Assembly (NCBI GenBank): GCA_036389275.1
Contig: DASVQE010000106.1
Span: forward strand, 10,178 to 74,177
Direction: 5' to 3'
DNA: 64,000 nucleotides
From: Thermoanaerobaculia bacterium
GTDB taxonomy: Bacteria; Acidobacteriota; Thermoanaerobaculia; Gp7-AA8
Both the position numbers and the translations under genes were made by a program. Position 1 is the first letter of the stretch, and the number at the start of each line of letters is the position of its first letter. Shown one piece after another: positions 47,678 to 58,090 of the stretch. The notes under the pieces were generated by a model. The model made no database searches. It saw only the letters and a program-made list of their open reading frames with translations, and was not told the origin of the DNA.

Positions 47678-50332
47678 CTAACGCTTCCAGTCGGTCACCA
47701 GCGTGATCGAGCGCAGATAGTCGTTGCGATCCTTGAGCAGGTAGACGAAGTGTTTGCCGTCGATGGTGGCGACGTTCTCGAGGTCAGGCGGATGGTTCAC
47801 GATCCGCTGCGGGTCGCCGACACGCACGGTGTTGCCGTCGAAGGTGAGGCGTACCAGGTCGAAGCCGTCCTTCTTGAGCAGCAGCAGCGCGTCGTTGCCG
47901 ATCCATTGCGCGCGATAAGCGGTGTCGAAAGTGATCTGCGTGCGCGCGGCGCCGTTCGGGTAGCGCGAGATGTAGACCTCCGGCTGGCCGGAGTCGTACG
48001 CGCGGTAGGCGAGCCAGCGGTCGTCGGGTGAGAGCACCGGCACGCTTGGTTCGGCGGCGCCCGTCACCAGCGCCTCGGGCTTCGCGCCGGGATGCAGCGC
48101 CAGACGGTCGATCTCCGCGTTGCCGTCGCGCTGCGTATCGTGCTTGACCACGATCGCGTAGGTGGCGTCGTGCGTGACGTCGGCGGTGTTGTACGAGTAC
48201 GGCATCTCGGCGCCGCGATAGAGCACTTCCTCCGGCGCGTCGGTATCGAGCGAGCGCAGCACGATCTGCTGCTCGTCGACGCCGAAGCCGTGGCTGCGCG
48301 TCAACACGATGCGCCGCGAGTCATGCAGCCACGCGGCGTCCCATTCGTTCACGTCCGCCGTCGAGGTGAGCCGCTTCGCGCCGCTGCGGTTCATGTCGAA
48401 GAGCCAGAGATCGCCGTAGCCGCTCTGCGCGTCGACGGCGCGCACGAGCATCTTCTGCCCGTCCGGCGAGAGCAGAAAGGCCTCGACGTCGAGCTGCGGG
48501 CGGAAGAGCTCCTTCTGCACGCCGCCGGCTTCGACCGAAACGAAGTGCAGCGATTCCGGACCGCCGCGCTGGTGATAGACGAGCGTGCCGTCGCCGGCCA
48601 CCGCGAACGCGGAGCGGAAGAGCGCGGTGTTGACCTCGACCGCCGCGCCGACGCGATACGGATCGCCGGTGAAGCGGAGTTCGCCGGCATCGAACGGCCG
48701 CGCCAGCAGCACGCCGTCCTTCTCGTACAGCAGATGTCCGCTCGCGTAGGCGACGTTCGATCGCGCGCGCAGCAGCAGCTTGCGCGACTTCGGCTCGTCG
48801 AGCGAGCTGACGTAGACGGCGTCGAGCTCGCGGTTCGTCGCCTCGCGATGCGAGCCGGCCAGGTAGAGGAAATGCTTTCCGTCGGGGAGGAACGTGGCCC
48901 AGCGATGGGTGGTCTCGTCCTTCGACGCGTCGAGTTGCGTCAGCGCCACCGGCTCGCCGCCGTCCTGCGACACGCGCGACAGACCGCTGACGGCGGTCGG
49001 CGCGAAGATGATCGTCCCGTCCGCGTTCCACCCGCCGCTGCGTCCTTTCGGCGCGTCGCAGAGCGTGACCGGCGGCGCGCCGTTGAGCGTCACTTTCTTC
49101 AGCTTGCCGCCGGCGAAGAAGGCGATCGACTTGCTGTCGGGCGACCAGAACGGCAGCGACGCATCTTCCGTCCCGTCGACCTGCCGCGCCTCGCCGCTGG
49201 CGATGTCGCGCACCCACAGCCGCCGGTCGCTCGTTGCGCGGTACGTCACCAGCCGGCCGTCGGGCGAGATCGAGAGCGCCGTCATCGGATCGTTGAGCTC
49301 TTTGCCCGCGGGCGCGAGGATCTGCGCCGTGACCGCGGTGCGCGCGATGTCGCGATGCGCGTTGCGCCACGCATACGCGCCGGCGATCGCCGCCAGCACC
49401 AGAGCGCAGGCGGCGGCGATCCACGGCAGCAGCGACGACCGCGGGCGCTGCGCCTCGACGCGCGCGTCGGCGTTCTTCGCCACCCATTCCAGCTCGAGCC
49501 GCACGTCGTGCGCCGACTGCCAGCGCGCCTCCTGATCTTTCTCGAGGCAGCGCTGCACGATGTGCTCGAGTCCCGCCGGCGTGACCGGCTGCAGCTCCGA
49601 CATCGGCCGCGGCGAGCCGGCCACGATCGCGGCGATGAGGCTCGTCTTGGTCTTGCCGGAGAAGGCGCGCCTTCCGGTGACCATCTCGTAGATCACCGCG
49701 CCGAGCGCGAACAGGTCGGTGCGCGGATCGACGTCGGCCGACTCGAGCTGCTCCGGCGCCATGTATTGAAAGGTCCCGACGATCGATCCCTCGGCGGTGA
49801 GCGGCGCTTTCTGCGCCACCGTCGGCGCGTCGACCGAGATCGCCGGCTGCGCCTCCGCCGCCGCTTTGGCCAGTCCGAAGTCGAGCAGCTTCGCGCCGCC
49901 GCGGGTGAGCATGACGTTGCCCGGCTTCAGATCGCGGTGCACCACGCCGTCGCGATGCGCGCGCTCGAGTGCCGCGGCGATGTCGATGGCGTAGCGCAGC
50001 GCCTCCTTGAGCGGCAGCGCGCCGCGCTCGAGCCGCTCGGCCAGCGTCTCTCCTTCGAGAAACTCCATCACCAGGAAATCGACGCCGTCCTGTTCGCCGA
50101 CGTCGTAGAGCGCGCAGATGTTCGGGTGGCTGAGCGCGGAGATCGCCTTCGCCTCGCGCTGGAACCGCAGCCGCAGTTGCGCGTCGCGCGCGAGCTCGGC
50201 CGGCAGCGTCTTCACCGCCACGGTGCGGTCGAGGCGCGTGTCGCGCGCGCGAAACACTTCACCCATGCCGCCCGCGCCGACGCGCGTCACGATCTCGTAC
50301 GGTCCCAAACGCGAGCCCGGCTGGATGGACAT
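47678..50332 (-). CDS. Ser/Thr protein kinase with TM segment and C-terminal TolB-like (PD40) beta-propeller
   Basis: N-terminal Hanks kinase (GAGGMGEVFRA, VAVKTL, HRDLKPGNVM, DFGLAK, APEQ); single TM (LLPWIAAACALVLAAIAGAY); repeated xDGxxxVY / SPDG propeller blades. Confidence 0.8.
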   Translation of the reverse strand: MSIQPGSRLGPYEIVTRVGAGGMGEVFRARDTRLDRTVAVKTLPAELARDAQLRLRFQREAKAISALSHPNICALYDVGEQDGVDFLVMEFLEGETLAERLERGALPLKEALRYAIDIAAALERAHRDGVVHRDLKPGNVMLTRGGAKLLDFGLAKAAAEAQPAISVDAPTVAQKAPLTAEGSIVGTFQYMAPEQLESADVDPRTDLFALGAVIYEMVTGRRAFSGKTKTSLIAAIVAGSPRPMSELQPVTPAGLEHIVQRCLEKDQEARWQSAHDVRLELEWVAKNADARVEAQRPRSSLLPWIAAACALVLAAIAGAYAWRNAHRDIARTAVTAQILAPAGKELNDPMTALSISPDGRLVTYRATSDRRLWVRDIASGEARQVDGTEDASLPFWSPDSKSIAFFAGGKLKKVTLNGAPPVTLCDAPKGRSGGWNADGTIIFAPTAVSGLSRVSQDGGEPVALTQLDASKDETTHRWATFLPDGKHFLYLAGSHREATNRELDAVYVSSLDEPKSRKLLLRARSNVAYASGHLLYEKDGVLLARPFDAGELRFTGDPYRVGAAVEVNTALFRSAFAVAGDGTLVYHQRGGPESLHFVSVEAGGVQKELFRPQLDVEAFLLSPDGQKMLVRAVDAQSGYGDLWLFDMNRSGAKRLTSTADVNEWDAAWLHDSRRIVLTRSHGFGVDEQQIVLRSLDTDAPEEVLYRGAEMPYSYNTADVTHDATYAIVVKHDTQRDGNAEIDRLALHPGAKPEALVTGAAEPSVPVLSPDDRWLAYRAYDSGQPEVYISRYPNGAARTQITFDTAYRAQWIGNDALLLLKKDGFDLVRLTFDGNTVRVGDPQRIVNHPPDLENVATIDGKHFVYLLKDRNDYLRSITLVTDWKR

Positions 50333-50352
50333 GGAGCCTCGATGATACGACG

Positions 50353-50817
50353 ATGGAAGCGATGCTTCGTTACGCGCCGGAGACGATCATGCGCGATGCC
50401 CGCGCGCAATACTTCCGCCGATCGGGATTTGCGGAAGACGGCGGTTATGGAGATCGGTGGGTCCGTCTGAAAAGCGGCTCGCGCACCGTCTTCGTTTTCC
50501 CGAACACTGAGCGCCGCGTCCGCGCGGTGCGGCTGCACGATCTGCATCACGTGCTCACCGAGTACGACACCACCTGGGTGGGCGAGGCGGAGATCGGCGC
50601 ATGGGAGCTCGGCGCCGGCTGCGGACGTCACTGGCCGGCCTGGGTGCTCAACTTCGGCGCGGTCGCCGTCGGCCTGCTGCTCGCGCCGCGACGCGTGGTG
50701 CGCGCGTTCGTGCGCGGCCGCCGCAGCGGCACGCTGTACGCCGGCGAGTTCGCCGAGGAGCTGCTCGATCGCACGGTGGGCGAGCTGCGCGCGTCGCTCC
50801 CCATCGCGCCGGGCTGA
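50353..50817 (+). CDS. hypothetical protein with Coq4-like HDxxH...E metal-binding motif
   Basis: HDLHHVLTEYDTTWVGEAE resembles Coq4-family HDxxH-x11-E zinc motif; two C-terminal hydrophobic helices; weak assignment. Confidence 0.3.
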   Translation: MEAMLRYAPETIMRDARAQYFRRSGFAEDGGYGDRWVRLKSGSRTVFVFPNTERRVRAVRLHDLHHVLTEYDTTWVGEAEIGAWELGAGCGRHWPAWVLNFGAVAVGLLLAPRRVVRAFVRGRRSGTLYAGEFAEELLDRTVGELRASLPIAPG

Positions 50818-50842
50818 GCGGCGGTGCTACTCTTTTCGGACT

Positions 50843-53149
50843 ATGACCGTCCAGGCCTCGCCGTCGTCCCTCGAGCGTGAGCTCGAGTACCGGAAGAAGC
50901 TCACCGCCATCGCCAATCAGATCAACTCCGCGGAGTCGATTCCGCACATCCTGATGACGCTCAAGGACCGCATCCTCGAGCTGCTCGATGCGGAACGGCT
51001 GACCATCTACGCCATTGACACGAAGAACCAGGAGCTCTACTCGCTCCAGAAGCTCGGCGAGGTGCCGAAGGAGATCCGCGTTCCGAAGTCGTTCGCCTCG
51101 ATCGCCGGCTTCACCGCGCTGGCGCGCAAGACCATCAACATCAAGGATGCGTACGACAACGCGGAGCTGCAGAAGTTCCACGCGAACCTCCGCTTCGACC
51201 AGCGCTGGGACAAGCAGACCGGCTTCCGCACGCGGGCCGTGCTCGCGGTGCCGATCCTGTTCGAGAAGTATCTGCTCGGCGTGGTGCAGTTGATCAACAA
51301 GCGCCACGGCGTGGCTTTCACCGCGCAGGACGAGGATGCCGCCGAGGAGATCGCGCGCATCCTCGGCATCGCCTTCTACAACCAGCATCGCGTGGCGCGG
51401 CAGGCCAAGCCGTCGAAGTTCGGCACGCTGATCGACAAGGGCGTGATCTCGGAGAAGGATCTCGAGCAGGCCGCCGGCAGCGCGCGCGTCAACAACACCA
51501 ACGTCGAGCGCGTGCTCATCGACGACTTCAACGTGCCGCGCGAGGAGATCGGCCGCTCGCTGGCCGCGTACTACTCGTCATCATGGTTCGACTACGACGG
51601 CACACAGACCATCGCCGCCGACCTGCGCGAGCGCGTCACCTCCGACATCTGGCGTAAGCATGGCGCCGCGCCGATCGACCGCAAGCCGGGGCTGCTCGTG
51701 ATCGCCGTCGAAGATCCGCACGACCTGACGCGCCTCGACGGCATCCGGGCCATGAACCTCGCGCCGCGGTACGAGTTCTGGGTCGGCATGAAGCACGACA
51801 TCCTCGCGTACATCGCCGCGTCGTACGGCGAAAAGCCGGAAGGCGGCGGCACCGAGGGCGTCGATCTGGCGAAGATCATCGACATGCTCGGCGACGGTGA
51901 GGCGGAGATCGAGGAAGAAGCGAAGAGCACCGAGCCGGAGATCGACGAGACCGACTCCGGCATCGTGCGGCTCGCCAATCAGCTCATCATCGAGGCCTTC
52001 AACCGCGGCGCGTCCGACATTCACGTCGAGCCCGACGGCGCGAAGAATCCGTGCCTGGTGCGGCTGCGCGTCGACGGCGAGTGCATGAAGTTCATGGAAG
52101 TCCCCGGCGCGCATCGCAACGCGCTCGTGCAGCGCCTCAAGATCATGTCGAAGCTCGACATCTCCGAGCGCCGCAAGCCGCAGGACGGCAAGATCCGATT
52201 CAAGTACGCCAAGGGCACCATCGAGCTGCGCGTGGCCACCATCCCGACCGCGAACGGGAACGAGGATGTGGTCATGCGTATCCTCGCCGCGTCGAAGCCG
52301 CTGCCGCTCGACAAGATGGGCTTCAGCGAGCGCAATCTGACGCGGTTCAAGGAGATTCTCGCCAAGCCTTACGGCATCTGCCTGGTGGTCGGTCCGACCG
52401 GTTCGGGCAAGACCACCACGCTGCACTCGGCCCTCGGATTCATCAACACCGAGGACATGAAAATCTGGACCGCGGAAGACCCGGTCGAGATCACGCAGAA
52501 AGGCTTGCGGCAGGTGCAGGTGCAGCCGAAGATCGACTTCACCTTCGCCGCGGCCATGCGCTCGTTCCTGCGCGCCGATCCCGACGTGATCATGGTCGGC
52601 GAGATGCGCGATCACGAGACCGCGGCCATCGGCATCGAGGCGTCGCTGACCGGCCACCTCGTCTTTTCGACGCTGCACACGAACTCGGCGCCGGAGACGA
52701 TCACGCGTCTGCTCGACATGAACATCGATCCCTTCAACTTCGCCGACGCGCTCCTCGGCATCATGGCCCAGCGCCTCGTGCGCACGCTCTGCCCGAAGTG
52801 CAAGGAAGGCTACAACCCGACGCCGGAAGAGTTCGAGGAGATCATCGAAGCCTACGGCTACGACTACTGGCCGGGCACCGGCATCACCTACTCGCCGCAG
52901 CTCACGCTCTATCGCCCGAAAGGCTGCAACCACTGCAGCGGCACCGGCTACAAGGGCCGCATGGGCGTCCACGAACTGCTGGTCGGCACGGACGAACTCA
53001 AGAAAGCGATCCAGCACCGCGCACCCATCGACGACCTCCGCCGCATGGCCATGGAGCAAGGCATGCGCACGCTCTTGCAGGACGCCGTGGAAAAAGCCTT
53101 CAGCGGCGTAACCGACATGAAGCAAGCCCGCGCCATCGCGGTCAAGTAA
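50843..53149 (+). CDS. GAF-domain-fused GspE/PilB-family secretion ATPase
   Basis: N-terminal GAF-like region; C-terminal ATPase: Walker A VVGPTGSGKTTTLHS, Walker B VIMVGEMRD, tetracysteine CPKC...CNHC. Confidence 0.8.
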   Translation: MTVQASPSSLERELEYRKKLTAIANQINSAESIPHILMTLKDRILELLDAERLTIYAIDTKNQELYSLQKLGEVPKEIRVPKSFASIAGFTALARKTINIKDAYDNAELQKFHANLRFDQRWDKQTGFRTRAVLAVPILFEKYLLGVVQLINKRHGVAFTAQDEDAAEEIARILGIAFYNQHRVARQAKPSKFGTLIDKGVISEKDLEQAAGSARVNNTNVERVLIDDFNVPREEIGRSLAAYYSSSWFDYDGTQTIAADLRERVTSDIWRKHGAAPIDRKPGLLVIAVEDPHDLTRLDGIRAMNLAPRYEFWVGMKHDILAYIAASYGEKPEGGGTEGVDLAKIIDMLGDGEAEIEEEAKSTEPEIDETDSGIVRLANQLIIEAFNRGASDIHVEPDGAKNPCLVRLRVDGECMKFMEVPGAHRNALVQRLKIMSKLDISERRKPQDGKIRFKYAKGTIELRVATIPTANGNEDVVMRILAASKPLPLDKMGFSERNLTRFKEILAKPYGICLVVGPTGSGKTTTLHSALGFINTEDMKIWTAEDPVEITQKGLRQVQVQPKIDFTFAAAMRSFLRADPDVIMVGEMRDHETAAIGIEASLTGHLVFSTLHTNSAPETITRLLDMNIDPFNFADALLGIMAQRLVRTLCPKCKEGYNPTPEEFEEIIEAYGYDYWPGTGITYSPQLTLYRPKGCNHCSGTGYKGRMGVHELLVGTDELKKAIQHRAPIDDLRRMAMEQGMRTLLQDAVEKAFSGVTDMKQARAIAVK

Positions 53150-53150
53150 C

Positions 53151-53175
53151 GTCATCCCGAGCGTAGCGAGGGACC
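53151..53175 (+). repeat. left 25-bp terminal inverted repeat flanking GIY-YIG gene
   Basis: GTCATCCCGAGCGTAGCGAGGGACC, 1 nt after gspE-like stop; exact reverse complement at 53532-53556. Confidence 0.8.
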
Positions 53176-53234
53176 CGGGCGGGCGGCGCGGCAGGGCCTG
53201 AGATTTTCTCACCGCCCGAGGTACCCTCGGCCCA

Positions 53235-53555
53235 ATGAAGCTGTACTACGTCTACATCCTAGCCAGCATCAAACGCGTCCTCTACATCGGCATCACGAGC
53301 AACCTCGATCAACGCCTGAACGAGCATCGCGCCCACAAGTACCCAGACTCATTCACCGCGCGCTACAACGTGACGCGGCTCGTTCACTGCGAGGAGTACA
53401 CGCGCGTCGAGGATGCGATTGCGCGAGAAAAGCAGCTCAAGGGGTGGCGGCGGTCGAAGAAGGTGGCGTTGATCGAGAGCGGGAATCCCGCGTGGGTCGA
53501 TCTGGCGGACGCGGCGCGCGCCGCCCACCCAGGTCCCTCGCTACGCTCGGGATGA
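53235..53555 (+). CDS. GIY-YIG nuclease superfamily protein (UPF0213/YhbQ-like)
   Basis: YYVYIL ... LYIGIT ... NEHR ... arrangement of GIY-YIG catalytic core in 106 aa; stop codon lies inside right inverted repeat. Confidence 0.75.
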   Translation: MKLYYVYILASIKRVLYIGITSNLDQRLNEHRAHKYPDSFTARYNVTRLVHCEEYTRVEDAIAREKQLKGWRRSKKVALIESGNPAWVDLADAARAAHPGPSLRSG

Positions 53556-53556
53556 C
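53532..53556 (+). repeat. right 25-bp terminal inverted repeat flanking GIY-YIG gene
   Basis: GGTCCCTCGCTACGCTCGGGATGAC = perfect reverse complement of 53151-53175. Confidence 0.8.
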
Positions 53557-53565
53557 ATGCGCGAG

Positions 53566-54597
53566 CTATTGTAGGCCGCGCTTCGTGACCAGGTACGTGG
53601 CGAAACTTCCGAGCCAGTGCCCGCCCTCGTAATGCTCGCCGGTGACGGAGGCGAGGCCCGCTTTGGTGTGCGCACGCGATGCGGCGAGAAGCGCCTTCAC
53701 GCGTGGGTCGCTTGGCGGCAGGCCGGAGGCGATGCCTTCCAGCATCCAGGCGCGGCTGAGATTGAGGCCGTCGAGGTGCGCGAGCTTCGGGTCGCTCGGA
53801 TCGGTGACGATCTCCGGCTTCAGCGTGAGCTCGCGCATGAAGCTGGTCAGCCACTTCGCGTACTCCTTCGGCGGCATCACGCGCCGCATCAGGTCGGCCT
53901 CGGCCAGACACGGTGAAAGAAAATCTTCGCCCGACGGCTCGTACGACAGCGGGCAGCGCACGTCCGATCCGTAGAAGGCGCGCGCCTTCTCGCGGATCAG
54001 CGGCGCGAGCTCGGGACTCGAGTCGAGCATCAGGCCGAGGGCGAACGCGGTCTGGCTGTGCTCACCGCTGCGGATCGGGTGGGAGAGCTTCGGCAGCCAG
54101 GCTTTGATGCGCGTCACCGCGGCGCGCTCGAGCGGCTGGATGACCGGGTAGAGCGGATCGCTCGACTCGCGCAGCTCGGCCGAGAGCTGCAGCAGCCACG
54201 CGAGCCCGTACGGACGCTCGAAGCTCGCGTTGCCGCTGCGCTCCATGTACTTCACTTCCTGCGCGATGTTCGCCGGCGTGATGCTCTCCGCGAGCGCCGT
54301 GCGCGCCGCCTTCGCGTACGGCGCATCGGGCGCGAGCCGCGCCAGCCGCGCCAGCAGCCAGTGCCCGTGCACCGACGAATGCCAGTCGTAGCAGCCGTAG
54401 AACGCCGGCGTCAGCACGTGCGGCACGGCCGCGTCGGCGTCGGAGCTCATCACGTGCGCGATCTTGTTCGGATACTCCTTGTGCACGCAGGCGAGAGCGA
54501 GATTCGCGAAGCGCTCGGCGGCATGCGGATCGAGCGAGAGCGTCGCGGCGAGAAGCAGCGAGGAGATCATCGCCGAAGGGTACACTGAGCGCCGCAT
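53566..54597 (-). CDS. DUF2891-like protein (six-hairpin glycosidase-like), probably exported
   Basis: Start at internal ATG giving signal-like [22 protein letters not shown]; conserved Trp/His-rich helical pattern ([17 protein letters not shown]). Confidence 0.5.
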   Translation of the reverse strand: MRRSVYPSAMISSLLLAATLSLDPHAAERFANLALACVHKEYPNKIAHVMSSDADAAVPHVLTPAFYGCYDWHSSVHGHWLLARLARLAPDAPYAKAARTALAESITPANIAQEVKYMERSGNASFERPYGLAWLLQLSAELRESSDPLYPVIQPLERAAVTRIKAWLPKLSHPIRSGEHSQTAFALGLMLDSSPELAPLIREKARAFYGSDVRCPLSYEPSGEDFLSPCLAEADLMRRVMPPKEYAKWLTSFMRELTLKPEIVTDPSDPKLAHLDGLNLSRAWMLEGIASGLPPSDPRVKALLAASRAHTKAGLASVTGEHYEGGHWLGSFATYLVTKRGLQ

Positions 54598-57370
54598 GAC
54601 GGAGCGCGCCCGGATTTCCGGCGACCCGCACGAGGTCGCCCGCTGGCGCAAATGGGGTCCCTACCTCGCCGATCGCGCCTGGGGCACGGTGCGCGAGGAC
54701 TACAGCGCGAACGGCGATGCGTGGGCGTACTTTCCGCACGACCTCGCGCGCTCGAAAGCGTATCGCTGGGGCGAAGACGGCATCGCCGGCTTCTGCGATC
54801 GCTACCAGATTCTCTGCTGGTCGCTGGCGTTGTGGAACGAGCGCGACGCGATTCTGAAGGAGCGGCTGTTCGGGCTCGTGCCGTCCGAGGCCAACCACGG
54901 CGAGGACGTGAAGGAATGCTACTTCTACGTCGACGCGGTGCCGAGCCACGCGTATCAGCGGATGCTCTACAAGTATCCGCAGCGCGCCTTTCCGTACGCG
55001 CAGCTCATCGACGAAAACCGGCGCCGCGGCGCGCGCGATCCGGAGTTCGAGCTGATCGACACCGGCATCTTCGACGACCGCCGCTACTTCGACGTCGAGA
55101 TCGAGATCGCCAAGGAAGACGACGAGTCGCTGCTGTTCCGCATCACCGCGCACAACCGCGGGCCGGAGCGCGCGCCGCTGCATCTCGTGCCGCAGCTCTG
55201 GTTCCGCAACACCTGGAGCTGGAGCGGCGCCGAGGGGCCGCGGCCGTCGATCGTCGAGCGCGACGGCGATCTCGTCGCCGACGACACGCACGCGCAGCCG
55301 CTGGCCGGCCTGCTCGTCTCGGCGCGGCTCGGTCCGCGCGTGCTCGAGCTGCCGCGCGGCGCGCGCACGCTCTTCACCGAGAACGAGACCAACTGCGAGC
55401 GCCTCTACGGCACGCCGTCGCGCAGCCGCTTCGTGAAAGACGCCTTTCATCGACACATCATCGACGGCGAGCAGCAGGCGGTGAACGAGCGCCGCGGCAC
55501 GAAGGCGTGCGGTTGGGAGCGCGTCGAGATCGACGCCGGAGCCTCACACGTGATGCGCATGCGCTTCGCGCCGGCCGATCGCGCGCGCATGAGCGACGCC
55601 GAGATCGACGCGCTCGTCGACGCGCGGCGCGGCGAAGCGGACGAGTTCTACGCGTCGCTGCATCCGGCGCGTGCGACCGCCGAGGAGCGCAACGTCCAGC
55701 GGCAGGCCTTCGCCGGAATGATCTGGTCGAAGCAGAGCTACCTTTACGACGTCGACATCTGGCTCGACGGCGACGACGCGCGCACGCCGCCGCCGCAGTC
55801 GCGCGAGCGCGGCCGCAACTCCCGCTGGCGCCACCTCAACTCCATGCGGGTGATGTCGATGCCCGACAAATGGGAGTACCCCTGGTTCGCCGCCTGGGAT
55901 CTCGCCTTTCACGCGATCGTCTTCGCGCTGATCGATCCGCATTTCGCGAAAGAGCAGCTCTGGCTGATGCTCTTCGAGCAATTCCAGCATCCGAACGGGC
56001 AGATACCCGCCTACGAATGGGAGTTCTCCGATCTCAATCCGCCGGTGCACGCCTGGGCGGTCTGGCGCGTCTACAACATGGACCGCATCCGCGAGGGTCG
56101 CGCCGATCGCGACTTTCTCGAAAAATGCTTTCATAAATTACTGCTGAATTTCACCTGGTGGGTGAACAAGGTCGATCGCGAAGGGAACAACGTCTTCGAA
56201 GGCGGTTTCCTCGGCCTCGACAACATCACCGTCTTCGATCGCAGCGACCGCCTGCCCGGCGGCGCGACGCTCGAGCAGAGCGACGCCACCGGCTGGATGG
56301 GCATGTTCTCGCTCGTGATGATGCGCATGGCCCTCGAGCTGGCCAAGCAGGATCCGGTCTACGAAGGCCTGGCCACGAAGTTCTTCGAGCACTATGTCTA
56401 CATCGGCGCGGCCATGAAGATGGTGCGCGTCGACCGCACCTTGTGGGACGAAGAGGATCACTTCTTCTACGACCTGCTGCGCTTTCCCGACGGCGGCGCC
56501 GTGCCGTTCCGCGTCCGCTCGCTGGTCGGGCTGATTCCGCTCTACGCCATCGAACGGCTGGAGCGCTCGTGGGTCGAGCCGTTCCACGTGTTCCACGAAA
56601 ACCTTGAATGGTTCATCAAGCACCGCAGCGATCTGGTGCAAAGCTGCGTCACCACCGTGCACGACGGCCAGGACTACACGCACGTCCTCGCGGTCGTCGA
56701 TCAGAATCAGTTGCAGCATCTGCTCGCGCGCGTGGTCGATCCCGACGAGTTCCTCTCGCCGGCCGGCATCCGCAGCATGAGCAAGTTTCATCAGACGCAC
56801 CCATTCACGTTCGGCAACGCCTCGGTGTCCTACGAGCCGGCCGAGCCGGTCGAGAAGTTGAAAGGCGGCAACAGCAACTGGCGCGGGCCGGTCTGGTTCC
56901 CGACGGCGTTCCTCACCATCGAGTCGCTGCGCAAACTGGAGAAGGCGTTTCGCGGCAACGTGCGCGTGACGCTGGCCGACGACGAGACCACGCACGAGCG
57001 GATGCGCAGCACCGCCGACGCGCGCATGACCGAGGGCATCGGAGGCGGGACGGACGTGCGGGCGCGCGGCCGGACCATCGCCGCGACGCCGGCCGCGCCG
57101 CCGGAGGAGACAGTGTCCCTCGGCGGCGTGGCGGCGACGATCGCCGACCGGATGATCGGCATCTTCCTTCCCGACGAAGACGGCTACCGTCCGGTGTACG
57201 GCCCGCGCGGCACGCGCAAGGCGGAGCTCTTCGCGCATGACCCGCACTGGCGCGGGCTGGTGCTGTTCCACGAGTACTTCAACGGCGACAGCGGCGAAGG
57301 CCTCGGCGCGTCGCACCAGACCGGCTGGACGGGTCTGGTGGCGAACCTCATCGACGAGTGGCGGCGCTGA
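54596..57370 (+). CDS. glycoside hydrolase family 63-like enzyme (glucosylglycerate/mannosylglycerate hydrolase-type)
   Basis: N-terminus [34 protein letters not shown] matches GH63 bacterial hydrolases from memory; (alpha/alpha)6-barrel-like C-terminal half; start codon overlaps divergent DUF2891 start by 2 nt. Confidence 0.7.
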   Translation: MTERARISGDPHEVARWRKWGPYLADRAWGTVREDYSANGDAWAYFPHDLARSKAYRWGEDGIAGFCDRYQILCWSLALWNERDAILKERLFGLVPSEANHGEDVKECYFYVDAVPSHAYQRMLYKYPQRAFPYAQLIDENRRRGARDPEFELIDTGIFDDRRYFDVEIEIAKEDDESLLFRITAHNRGPERAPLHLVPQLWFRNTWSWSGAEGPRPSIVERDGDLVADDTHAQPLAGLLVSARLGPRVLELPRGARTLFTENETNCERLYGTPSRSRFVKDAFHRHIIDGEQQAVNERRGTKACGWERVEIDAGASHVMRMRFAPADRARMSDAEIDALVDARRGEADEFYASLHPARATAEERNVQRQAFAGMIWSKQSYLYDVDIWLDGDDARTPPPQSRERGRNSRWRHLNSMRVMSMPDKWEYPWFAAWDLAFHAIVFALIDPHFAKEQLWLMLFEQFQHPNGQIPAYEWEFSDLNPPVHAWAVWRVYNMDRIREGRADRDFLEKCFHKLLLNFTWWVNKVDREGNNVFEGGFLGLDNITVFDRSDRLPGGATLEQSDATGWMGMFSLVMMRMALELAKQDPVYEGLATKFFEHYVYIGAAMKMVRVDRTLWDEEDHFFYDLLRFPDGGAVPFRVRSLVGLIPLYAIERLERSWVEPFHVFHENLEWFIKHRSDLVQSCVTTVHDGQDYTHVLAVVDQNQLQHLLARVVDPDEFLSPAGIRSMSKFHQTHPFTFGNASVSYEPAEPVEKLKGGNSNWRGPVWFPTAFLTIESLRKLEKAFRGNVRVTLADDETTHERMRSTADARMTEGIGGGTDVRARGRTIAATPAAPPEETVSLGGVAATIADRMIGIFLPDEDGYRPVYGPRGTRKAELFAHDPHWRGLVLFHEYFNGDSGEGLGASHQTGWTGLVANLIDEWRR

Positions 57371-57933
57371 CGGCAGAAAATCTGCACAAGCAGCGCTCCA
57401 TGATCACTGCGCTCGTTCTCTCATCGGTCCTCGCGGCGACGCCGTCGTCGAGCGGTGTCGTCACGCTCGCGGCGAGCACGCGCAAGAACATCCTCGAGCT
57501 GCGCGTCGGCGGCAAGACCATCAAGCGTTACGACGTCTCGGTCGGCACGAAGGCGCATCCGACGCCGAACGGCACCTATCGCATCAATCACATCGTCTGG
57601 AATCCCGCCTGGAATCCTCCGAAGGAGAAGTGGGCGAAAGGGAAGAAGCCGACCGCGCCGGGCGATCCGAAGAATCCGATGAAGGTCGTGAAGATCTTCT
57701 TCAAGGAGCCCGACTACTACATTCACGGCACGGGCGACGAGGAGTCCCTCGGCGGCGCGGCGTCGCACGGCTGCATCCGGATGTCGCAGCGCGATGCCTT
57801 CGCGCTCGGCCGCTATCTGATGGATCACGGCGGCGCGCAGCACGACGACGCCTGGTACGACCGCGTCTTCACGCGCGGGACTTCCGCAGATGTGCATCTG
57901 CCGAAGTACGTCACGATCGTGATCGGACCGTGA
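57358..57933 (+). CDS. L,D-transpeptidase (YkuD domain), exported
   Basis: Catalytic [26 protein letters not shown]; signal peptide; GTG start at 57358 overlaps upstream stop (alternative ATG 57400). Confidence 0.65.
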   Translation: MAALTAENLHKQRSMITALVLSSVLAATPSSSGVVTLAASTRKNILELRVGGKTIKRYDVSVGTKAHPTPNGTYRINHIVWNPAWNPPKEKWAKGKKPTAPGDPKNPMKVVKIFFKEPDYYIHGTGDEESLGGAASHGCIRMSQRDAFALGRYLMDHGGAQHDDAWYDRVFTRGTSADVHLPKYVTIVIGP

Positions 57934-58090
57934 TCGCTACTTCATCTGCATCACGACCCAGACGATGAGCGCGATGGCGAGAATGGCGATGATGGCGATC
58001 GTCACTCCGCTCTGTCTCGTCGAGCTGACGCTCACCGATTCGTGAACGACGCGGCGCTCGACGACATCGTCGTTGCTGTCGACTGGATCA

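Larger units (their letters stand above)
53151..53556 (+). mobile_element. putative 406-bp TIR-bounded miniature element carrying a GIY-YIG gene
   Basis: Perfect 25-bp TIRs exactly bracketing a single small nuclease-family gene inserted in a 400-bp gap between two convergent housekeeping genes; internal GC hairpins at 53176-53225. Confidence 0.4.

Noticed and set aside
48092-50470. 792-aa plus ORF antisense to the kinase-TolB gene
   Set aside because: Low-complexity Arg-rich; the opposite strand has unmistakable kinase motifs.
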